A DNA stretch of 27,427 bases from Anaerolineae bacterium (GTDB taxonomy: Bacteria; Chloroflexota; Anaerolineae; B4-G1; SLSP01). Made by a program: the position numbers and the translations under genes. How positions within the stretch are numbered: the first letter of the stretch is position 1; each line of letters opens with the position of its first letter. Shown piece after piece: positions 9,526-17,174 of the stretch. The stretch spans positions 1-27,427 of the forward strand of contig JBJYXQ010000500.1 in NCBI GenBank assembly GCA_046260035.1, in the 5' to 3' direction. The notes below the pieces were generated by a model. The model ran no database searches. It was not told the origin of the DNA and worked only from the letters and a program-made list of their open reading frames with translations.

Positions 9526-9669
9526 ACGGCAAACTGACAACGGGCAATTTACCGTCGGCAAGCTGCTGTGCGGCAGCTTGGCTTGCGGTCGGAGTTGAAC
9601 GCGGATTTGAGGACACTGCAGGGTGCACTGCGCCTTGCAGTGTCTTGTCTGTAAGGAAGGAGTTTCGAG

Positions 9670-11283
9670 CTGATCACCAAAAGTGTTGGGCGCAATGATC
9701 CGTGCCCCTGTGGGAGCGGCAAGAAGTACAAACAGTGTTGTGGACGGCCCAAGCCGCCAGCCGACGTGCTTTACGTCCATCCGCTCAAACAGGATGTCGA
9801 TTTCTACGTCCAGCAGCAGGATGCGCGTGATGTGCAGATGGGCCGTCCTTACGGGCTGATTCCGTTGGGCGTGCCTGCGTTGGTGAACGTTCTGCGCGGT
9901 GCTGGCATTGAGGTGCGAGGTATCAATTATCCGCTGGAACGCGAGCTAAGCCGTAGTTTTGACCTTCGTCGCTGGTTGCGGGCGCAGACACGGGCGCGTG
10001 TGATCCTCATCGACTTGCACTGGTACGAGCACAGCTACGGCGCAATTCGCATGGCCGGCGTCTGCAAGGAGGTTCTGCCAGATGCGTGGATTGTTTTAGG
10101 GGGACTGACGGCTTCCGCATTTGCTCGCGAGATTATGGAACGCTTCGATGCGGTTGATTTTGTGATCCGCGGCGATGCCGAGCAACCGTTGCTTGCATTG
10201 GTGCAGCAGTGTCTCGGCAAGACTGAAGCGGCGTCCCCGGAGTTTGCCAACATCCCCAACCTGACCTACCGCCGTGATGGCGAGGTGATCGAGAATGCCA
10301 TCGGCTATTGTGCTGCTACAGAGGATTTGGATCGCCTTGACTACGTCGACTTGAGTTTCCTGGAGCATTACACCGAGTATTTCGTCCATGAATACCTGGT
10401 CACCGATTTGGCTAAGGCGCGTGCCGCGCTCAAGACCGACCCTTTCCTGGGCCGTTGGATTGCTACGGCGCGCGGATGCAAGTACGAGTGTTCCTACTGT
10501 GGGGGATGCAAGAGCGCGCACAAGACCCTGGCAACGCGGGACGGCATTGTGCCCCGCTCGCCTGAAACGGTGGTCGACGAACTGGAACGTTTGGCGGCAG
10601 TTGGTGTGAAGCAGGCGTCTCTTTCCTACGATATCGCCGAGTTGGGGGACGAATATTGGCGTACTTTCTTCTCGCTTATGCGTCGACGGAAGATCAAGAT
10701 TGGATTGTACAACGAATGTTTCCAGCTCCCGACGCCGGCTTTCGTCAAACGCTTCGCCCAGGTGGCGGAGCGGGAACACTCGTGTCTGGCGTTCAGTCCA
10801 CTCTCAGGCAATGAGCGGGTGCGCCGGCTCAACGGGAAGCGCTTCACCAACGGTGAACTGTTCAACATCCTGGACGCCCTCAATCTCCACGATATCTTCG
10901 CCCTCGTTTACTTTTCCCTGAACTTGCCCGGTGAGAATGATGAGACCCTCAAGGATTCCATCGCTCTCGCCGAAGAGATGTGTCAACTTTACCCGCCCTC
11001 GCGAATACGGATTTTGAACTCTTGTCATACCCTGGATCCTCTATCGCCAATGGCGGTTTATCCTGAAAAGTATGCGATTGATGTGACAATGCGGAATTTC
11101 GATGACTGGTATACTTATTGTCGTGACACCCAGTTAGGCGGACCGGAGGCGCGCACCGAGGCGCATCGTGGTTTCGTGCTAAGCGATCAAGCGAGTCGCT
11201 CTCTGGAAGCGATGGCGGATGCCTGGGACGCAGCCCGGACGGCTCACGAGAGTTGTTGGTGGCCCATCCCGCCGAGTTGGTGA
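9670..11283 (+). CDS. Cobalamin-binding radical SAM protein 1 with N-terminal SEC-C motif (about 537 aa if started at CTG 9670)
   Basis: B12-domain motifs ([31 protein letters not shown]) and [11 protein letters not shown] (CxxxCxxC). Upstream of the track's GTG 9766 the same frame reads ...[24 protein letters not shown]... SD AAGGAG (9657-9662) lies 7 nt before CTG 9670. The LHW..H..G motif recalls the TIGR04190 (Ta0216-like) family, from memory. Confidence 0.85.
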   Translation: MITKSVGRNDPCPCGSGKKYKQCCGRPKPPADVLYVHPLKQDVDFYVQQQDARDVQMGRPYGLIPLGVPALVNVLRGAGIEVRGINYPLERELSRSFDLRRWLRAQTRARVILIDLHWYEHSYGAIRMAGVCKEVLPDAWIVLGGLTASAFAREIMERFDAVDFVIRGDAEQPLLALVQQCLGKTEAASPEFANIPNLTYRRDGEVIENAIGYCAATEDLDRLDYVDLSFLEHYTEYFVHEYLVTDLAKARAALKTDPFLGRWIATARGCKYECSYCGGCKSAHKTLATRDGIVPRSPETVVDELERLAAVGVKQASLSYDIAELGDEYWRTFFSLMRRRKIKIGLYNECFQLPTPAFVKRFAQVAEREHSCLAFSPLSGNERVRRLNGKRFTNGELFNILDALNLHDIFALVYFSLNLPGENDETLKDSIALAEEMCQLYPPSRIRILNSCHTLDPLSPMAVYPEKYAIDVTMRNFDDWYTYCRDTQLGGPEARTEAHRGFVLSDQASRSLEAMADAWDAARTAHESCWWPIPPSW

Positions 11284-11385
11284 AACAGACTTTAGGGCCT
11301 AACCACGCAAATTCTTGCACAATGAGCAAGAAAACGGGCGTCGAAGGCCTGCTTAGTTCCAGTTTATCCGGATTAGGAGGATAGT

Positions 11386-12921
11386 GTGGACGTAGCCCCT
11401 GCTGCTTTGTATATTCACCCGGCCAAACAGGCCGTGGACCTTTTTGACACGCCTGCTCGCTCGAAACTTGGACGACCGTACGGTTTGATTCCGATGGGCG
11501 TACCGGCACTGATGAACTTGCTCTGCGATAATGGGATTCCGGTCAAAGGTGTCAACTTCCCGTTGGAGAAGAAGCTGGACAGTAGTTTCAACCTGCGCCA
11601 GTGGCTGTATGATCATCGCGAAGCCCGGATGGTCCTCATCGACCTGCACTGGTACGAGCACAGTTACGGCGCGATCAATGTTGCGCAAATTGTGAAGCAA
11701 GTTTTGCCGGATGCCTGGGTTATCCTCGGGGGCTTGACGTCGTCTGCCTTCGCCGATGAGATCATCCGAGATATCCCCGTGGTCGATTTTGTAATCCGAG
11801 GTGATGCCGAGCGCCCGCTGTTGGCTTTGGCCCAGGCGCTGATGAGCGTGGAGCGGGGTGTTCTGCCCGATCTCTCTGACATCCCTAACTTGACGTACCG
11901 TCTCCAGGGGGAGGTAGTAGAGAATCCGCGAACATATTGCGCGCGGCCTGAGGATTTCGCCGACTTCAATTTTATCGACCTGGACTGGATGGAACATCAA
12001 GACGAATACTTTGTCCACGAGTATCTGGTCATCGATATGGAGCTGGCGCACCAGGCCCGTCAAGGGGCGGACATTAGTAAGTACCGGGGCCGCTGGATCA
12101 CGACGGCGCGTGGCTGCGACTTCGAGTGTTCCTATTGTGGGGGCGCGCGGAGTGCGCACAAGGCGATTGCCGGGCGGGAAGGCATCGTGCCTGTCCCGAT
12201 AGAAACGATCGTGAACGAGATCAAGCAACTGATCGAGCACCAGGCGATCCAGGTGTGTTTTTCCTATGACCTTGCTGCGATGGGTGACCGCTATTGGCGC
12301 TCGCTCTTCCGCGCGATACGCAAGGAAGGCATCAAGATCGGCCTCTACAACGAGTTCTTCCAACTTCCCCCTTCGGGTTTTATGAAGGACTTCGTCCGCA
12401 CGGCGGATATGGAACACTCCAGCGTGGCTCTGAATCCCTACTCCGGTTCGGAGCGGGTGCGCCGTCTGAATGGGAAACGCTACAACGATGCGCAGTTGCT
12501 CAACGCGCTCGATGAAGTCAACCTCTATAACGTCCCCATCATCGTCTACTTCTCGCTGAACCTGCCGGGCGAGGATGAGGACGTCATACAACAGACCGTC
12601 AAGCTGGCACAGACTGTCTACGATATGTATCCACATTCCAAGCTGAAGATCCTGAACTCATGCCATACGGTCGAACCGTTGTCGCCGATGACACAGCGGC
12701 CTGAGCCCTACGGCGTTGAAATAAAGTGGCACACGTTCAGAGACTGGTACGAGTATTGCCGGAACACACAGTTGCAGTTGCCGGGTGCTCGTACGGGCGA
12801 GTGGCGGGGGTTCGACCTTCTGCCGCCAGCGAATCGCTCTGTCGAAGCGATGGCCGACGCATGGGATGCAGCGGCTAGCGGGCGCGAGGATGTTTGGTGG
12901 CCGATTCCGCCTAGTTGGTAA
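11386..12921 (+). CDS. Cobalamin-binding radical SAM protein 2, paralog of protein 1
   Basis: GTG start after SD AGGAGG; [41 protein letters not shown]; ends WWPIPPSW like protein 1. Confidence 0.88.
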   Translation: MDVAPAALYIHPAKQAVDLFDTPARSKLGRPYGLIPMGVPALMNLLCDNGIPVKGVNFPLEKKLDSSFNLRQWLYDHREARMVLIDLHWYEHSYGAINVAQIVKQVLPDAWVILGGLTSSAFADEIIRDIPVVDFVIRGDAERPLLALAQALMSVERGVLPDLSDIPNLTYRLQGEVVENPRTYCARPEDFADFNFIDLDWMEHQDEYFVHEYLVIDMELAHQARQGADISKYRGRWITTARGCDFECSYCGGARSAHKAIAGREGIVPVPIETIVNEIKQLIEHQAIQVCFSYDLAAMGDRYWRSLFRAIRKEGIKIGLYNEFFQLPPSGFMKDFVRTADMEHSSVALNPYSGSERVRRLNGKRYNDAQLLNALDEVNLYNVPIIVYFSLNLPGEDEDVIQQTVKLAQTVYDMYPHSKLKILNSCHTVEPLSPMTQRPEPYGVEIKWHTFRDWYEYCRNTQLQLPGARTGEWRGFDLLPPANRSVEAMADAWDAAASGREDVWWPIPPSW

Positions 12922-12931
12922 AGGGGCGCTG

Positions 12932-13942
12932 ATGAGAATACCGTCTCGGTATCTCGCCAGACGATTGTTCAACCTGGTTGCCGTGGTGTGGTTCGCCGCT
13001 ACGGTCAATTTTCTGCTTCCGCGCATCACGGCCCACGATCCTGTGCTTGAGTATCTGCTGGAGGTCTCGACGCTGACTGGTGAGCGCGGGGACCAGGCGC
13101 AAAGCCTGCTGACGTTCTATAGGAATTGGGCAGGGCTGAACCAACCGCTGTGGCGGCAGTATTTTACCTATCTGGGTAACATGGTGCGCCTTGATTTTGG
13201 ACGTTCGTTCCGCTATTACTGGCCAGTGACGGACATCGTGATGCGCTCGTTGCCCTATACGGTTGTTTTACTGAGCGTCGCCACGATTCTGGCGTTCGTC
13301 ATTGGAACGGGGTTGGGCGCCTGGGCCGGGTGGAAGCGTGATGCCAGGTTCTTCAAAGCCCTCGTCCCAGCTTTTATGGTGCTTTCATCCATTCCTCCGT
13401 TCATTGTCGCGTTGATCATTCTCTACATTTTCTCGTTCCGCCTCGACCTCTTCCCTTTCCGCGGCTCTTATAGCGTGACGATCAATGTTGACTGGACGAA
13501 TACCGACTTCCTGCTGGATGTGGCTAATCATGCGGTGCTGCCGGTTTTGACGATGATCCTGGTAACAGGCGGAACGTGGGCGATGTGGATGCGTGGTATG
13601 ATCGTCACAGTACTCGGTGAAGATTTCATGATGTATGCTGAAGCCAGGGGGCTCAAATCTTTCCGGCGATTTTATCATTATGCTATGCGTAACGTCATGC
13701 TTCCTCAGGTGACCCAATTGGCCATATCATTGGGAACGTTGGTGTCCGGCTACGCGCTGGTGGAGACGATGTTTGCCTATCCGGGGGTGGGGCATCTCCT
13801 CTCTGAAGCTATCCTTGCCAGCGATTACGCGATGATTCAAGCCATTATCTTCTTCCTCATCCTGGCTATTGCCCTGGCGACGTTTATCCTGGACATGACT
13901 TACCCCTTGCTCGATCCGCGGATCCGTTACGAGACAGTGTGA
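12932..13942 (+). CDS. Second OppB/DppB-type ABC permease (336 aa)
   Basis: ATG 12932 gives MRIPSRYLARR, which mirrors MRIPLSYVLKR of the first permease. GLNQPLWRQY, FMMYAEARGL, YAMRN, ETMFAYPGVG, YPLLDPRI. The track's 12785 start overlaps the rSAM gene and is unlikely. Confidence 0.88.
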   Translation: MRIPSRYLARRLFNLVAVVWFAATVNFLLPRITAHDPVLEYLLEVSTLTGERGDQAQSLLTFYRNWAGLNQPLWRQYFTYLGNMVRLDFGRSFRYYWPVTDIVMRSLPYTVVLLSVATILAFVIGTGLGAWAGWKRDARFFKALVPAFMVLSSIPPFIVALIILYIFSFRLDLFPFRGSYSVTINVDWTNTDFLLDVANHAVLPVLTMILVTGGTWAMWMRGMIVTVLGEDFMMYAEARGLKSFRRFYHYAMRNVMLPQVTQLAISLGTLVSGYALVETMFAYPGVGHLLSEAILASDYAMIQAIIFFLILAIALATFILDMTYPLLDPRIRYETV

Positions 13943-13953
13943 TTGACGCGTCG

Positions 13954-13982
13954 TTGGGCAACTTGACAATATTGCCTATAAT
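13954..13982 (+). promoter_or_regulatory. Candidate sigma70-type promoter for the 14076 gene
   Basis: TTGGGC (13954-13959), 17-bp spacer, perfect TATAAT (13977-13982). Confidence 0.5.
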
Positions 13983-14075
13983 CTGTTTCATCCATTGATT
14001 GAATGTAGCGCGGGCATTCCGCCAGTGCTACCATTCGTAATTCGCTATTCGCGATTTTCATGAGGAGGGTGACAG

Positions 14076-17000
14076 ATGGAAAACCCACTACTCCATAATG
14101 CAATCGAAAGCGCCAAGCTGGGATTCTACGATGATGCGCGCGGGCTGTTGCTCCAGGTCATTCGCGAGGATCCGAATAACGTGCTGGCTTGGTTGTGGCT
14201 GGCGCAGACACTCGACGACCCAAAGCGGCAGGCAGATTGCCTGAGTCGGGCGCTGCACATTGAGCCGGACAATCCAGACGCGCTAGCAGGTGTGGAAGCA
14301 TTGCGCACCGGGATGCCCTTGCCTGAGCCGCGAGGGGGTGTCGTTGAAGAACCTGAGCCCGAGTTCGTTGAGCCGGACGAAATGTTCAACTGGGGAGTGT
14401 TGTCCGCCGAGGAGCCGGAGGTTGAACCTGAAGTGGAGGCTGCGCCTGAGGCGGAACCTGACCTTTTTGCACCCGCCGATATTTCTGATTGGGGCGAATT
14501 GTACACTGAGGAGCCGGAGTCGGCACCTGAAACCGAGCCTGAGTCTTATGCCGACGATGATCTGTTTGGTTGGGGCGAGTTGTTCGCCGAAGAACCAGAA
14601 CCGGAAGCGCCGGTTGTTGAGGAGCCTGCACCGGTCGAAACCCCGTCACCGTCAGTATCGTTCATCGGCTTAGAGGAGGAAGAACCCCCATCTGAACCAG
14701 AACCGGCCGTGCCGGAGAGCCCGCCTGAGCCGGAAGAAAGCTTCCTCCAAAGAGCACGCCGGCTGCGCACACAGGGTTTTACGCTGCCGGCTGAACCGGT
14801 GGAGCCTGCTGCCCCACCTGCGTCCGTGCCGCCTTTCATCGAAACTCCAGAAGAGATCGGCCCAGCACCCCAAGAACCTGAACCTGAGGCCAAGGCCGTG
14901 GAAGAAGTGTCCGCTGAACCCGTGTCTGCACCGTTACCGCCGCGCAAGTTCCGTATCTTCGACCGGCGGGTGCTGTTCAGCATTCTGGGGTTGATCCAAC
15001 TCCCAATCCTAGCCGGGTTGCTCGTCTGGTATTTCTTCCTGCGCGGTCCCGCAGTATCCGAATCCATCGACGAGTACTTACCCCTGGCGGCATCGTTGCC
15101 ACGGCCTGCATTGGGAAGATGCCGCGCTTTGGATCTGGAAGATTTCGTGTCGGTGGAGACACTGGGCGGTGAATTGACCACGGACACGGTTTTCACCGGT
15201 ACGCAGGTGGCGATCACCGAAACGCTGGTGGTACCCGTGGGCGTGCGGCTGCTTCTCTATCCTGGCGCGACGTTGGCTTTTACTTCCGAGGCATCGCTCG
15301 AGGTTTATGGGACGTTGTACGCTTGTGGCAACGCGGATGCCCCGGTCATATTCTCGGCGTTTGAAAAAACACCAGGCGCTTGGGAAGGCATACGGCTCTA
15401 CAATCGCGAAAAAGCGACAGTATTGAGTCACGCGGTTGTCGAGTATGCCGGCGAACGCGCGCTCTACATTGCCGATAGTGTCCCCGAGCTGGCTGATCTC
15501 ACCATCGCGCACAGCGCACTCTTCCCCATCAGTCTTGATGGTAGCGTGGTTCCCGATCTATCCGACAACATCAACATCGCAGACAATCCTGTCAATGGAA
15601 TTGAGATGCGCCCCGGCACGTTGCAGGTTCCGAATGCTGTGTGGCCGTATATTAAGAGTAAGGATTCGCCCACGGTATACGTTCTTTCTGGACTGCTGAG
15701 GGTAGATGAGGGTGCGACGTTGGATATCCAATCCGGCGTCATCGTGAAATTCTGGCATGCGCCAAAGGGGCAGTTGCCGGGGATCTGGGTGCATGGGTTG
15801 TTGCAGGCCGAGGGTGCACTGTTTACCTCGATGTACGATAGCGTCGAGGATGCCGGCGGGGCGACCTATATGGAAGCCATCGATCCTCAACCCGGCGATT
15901 GGGGCAGCTTAACGTTCTTCGAAAGCAGCGAGAAATCGTATCTGCGAGATGTGGTGATCCGCTACGCAGGACGGGCGCGCGGGGCCGTGACGATGCAGGC
16001 TAGCTCGCCGGAGCTGACGCGGGTGACGATCACTGACTCTGCTGGATATCCGCTGAGTGCCGATGCCCGGTCTTTCCCCACGCTCGAGGAGATGACGCTG
16101 GAGGATAATGCCGCCGGCAATGCTCTGGAAGTCTTCGGTGGCTTGAGCATTACCGGGCAAGATACGTATGTATGGGAGCTTCTGGGTGGAAGTACACAGG
16201 TCGTGCGCGTCGTCCGTGATGCGGTGACCGTGGGACCGGACGCGGTGTTGAAAGTTCAACCGGGTGTGGTGGTCAAATTTACCGAGCAGGGCCGGATGGT
16301 GGTCCAGGGCGCTCTGTCCGCTATCGCTACCAGCGATACCGCCGAACAGATTGTCTTCACCTCGCTACATGACGACGAATATGGCGGGGACACCGATGGC
16401 CCCACCGTTCCTCAGGATGACCGCGTTTGGGAAGGCATCATCCTGGAGGGCGCGGATGAGACCACCGAACTGCAAAATGTCCTTGTGCGCTATGCTCCTA
16501 TCACGCTGTTGGATGCCTCGCCCAAGTTGTTCAGCAACAAGATCGCGCTCGCGCCGGGCGCCGGGCTGCGGATGACGCCTGGATCATCGCCGGATATGCG
16601 GGGCGCGAGCTTCGAGGACAACGGGTTGCATGGCATCGCTATCCTCACCGGTACGCTAATCGCTGACCAGAAGTGGACGCGACTCGGTGGGACAGGGGAC
16701 GATCAGATTGTGCGCGTCCTGGAGGGTGAGGTCACAGTCGGGCCGGGTGCCGTCCTGGAGATCGAACCTGACGTGGTCATCAAAGCCAATCCCGCGGGTA
16801 AGCTGATGGTGCTTGGGCATCTGAGCGCGAAGGGGCGTGCCGATCAACTGGTTGTATTCACTTCCTTGAATGACGACGTGCGCGGCGGGGATACCAATCG
16901 CCGGCCTCTCAACGCAGGCGCTGGCGACTGGCCCGGCATCGAGATTGGGCCTGAGGGGAATGCACACCTGGCCTACGTCGGCATTTACTATGCGGAGATC

Positions 17001-17162
17001 GGCCTGAACGTGCAAGGCACAACGCTGCCGACCATCGATGAAGGGCGCGTTCACATCGCGTATGGGAAGCAGCCATTGGCGTGTACCGAGCGCATTCAGA
17101 TCCCGCCCGCATTCTTCTTCGAGTACAACGAAATCGATGTCACACGCTGTCCATCACCGTGA
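14076..17162 (+). CDS. 1028-aa single-pass membrane protein: TPR-like N-terminus, acidic Pro/Glu linker, TM helix, repeated right-handed beta-helix region
   Basis: SD GAGGAGG; TPR-like ARGLLLQVIREDPNNVLAWLWLAQ...ALHIEPDN; long E/P-rich tract; hydrophobic VLFSILGLIQLPILAGLLVWYFFL after KFRIFDRR; recurring FTS..DD..GGDT...W.GI units with (V/L)x(V/I)xPGV(V/I)(V/I)K strands. Confidence 0.7.
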   Translation: MENPLLHNAIESAKLGFYDDARGLLLQVIREDPNNVLAWLWLAQTLDDPKRQADCLSRALHIEPDNPDALAGVEALRTGMPLPEPRGGVVEEPEPEFVEPDEMFNWGVLSAEEPEVEPEVEAAPEAEPDLFAPADISDWGELYTEEPESAPETEPESYADDDLFGWGELFAEEPEPEAPVVEEPAPVETPSPSVSFIGLEEEEPPSEPEPAVPESPPEPEESFLQRARRLRTQGFTLPAEPVEPAAPPASVPPFIETPEEIGPAPQEPEPEAKAVEEVSAEPVSAPLPPRKFRIFDRRVLFSILGLIQLPILAGLLVWYFFLRGPAVSESIDEYLPLAASLPRPALGRCRALDLEDFVSVETLGGELTTDTVFTGTQVAITETLVVPVGVRLLLYPGATLAFTSEASLEVYGTLYACGNADAPVIFSAFEKTPGAWEGIRLYNREKATVLSHAVVEYAGERALYIADSVPELADLTIAHSALFPISLDGSVVPDLSDNINIADNPVNGIEMRPGTLQVPNAVWPYIKSKDSPTVYVLSGLLRVDEGATLDIQSGVIVKFWHAPKGQLPGIWVHGLLQAEGALFTSMYDSVEDAGGATYMEAIDPQPGDWGSLTFFESSEKSYLRDVVIRYAGRARGAVTMQASSPELTRVTITDSAGYPLSADARSFPTLEEMTLEDNAAGNALEVFGGLSITGQDTYVWELLGGSTQVVRVVRDAVTVGPDAVLKVQPGVVVKFTEQGRMVVQGALSAIATSDTAEQIVFTSLHDDEYGGDTDGPTVPQDDRVWEGIILEGADETTELQNVLVRYAPITLLDASPKLFSNKIALAPGAGLRMTPGSSPDMRGASFEDNGLHGIAILTGTLIADQKWTRLGGTGDDQIVRVLEGEVTVGPGAVLEIEPDVVIKANPAGKLMVLGHLSAKGRADQLVVFTSLNDDVRGGDTNRRPLNAGAGDWPGIEIGPEGNAHLAYVGIYYAEIGLNVQGTTLPTIDEGRVHIAYGKQPLACTERIQIPPAFFFEYNEIDVTRCPSP

Positions 17163-17174
17163 AAGGGAGAATCG

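Noticed and set aside
9568-9654. 28-codon GTG ORF in frame with rSAM1 (possible stop read-through or precursor peptide)
   Set aside because: It has no SD, ends in TAA (not a recoded codon) and lies within hairpins. The SD plus CTG at 9670 explains the SEC-C frame better.
9526-9669. Expected cobalamin or SAM riboswitch upstream of the B12-rSAM genes
   Set aside because: No B12-box or GGGAA..GGTG.AA.TCC core and no SAM-I core is visible. Only generic hairpins are seen, reported separately.
11353-12636. 427-aa minus-strand ORF opposite rSAM2, plus other long antisense ORFs (3245-4144, 4445-5290, 10096-10779, 14546-15217, 18954-19868, 26111-26911)
   Set aside because: They overlap well-supported + strand genes and show no recognisable motifs. 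Such shadow ORFs are expected in GC-rich coding DNA.
13963-13982. Perfect TTGACA and TATAAT hexamers
   Set aside because: They are only 8 bp apart and cannot act as a pair. TTGGGC-17-TATAAT was used instead.
14001-14036. Imperfect hairpin in the leader of the 1028-aa gene
   Set aside because: A single stem-loop with no U tract and no riboswitch motif recognised; insufficient evidence of function.
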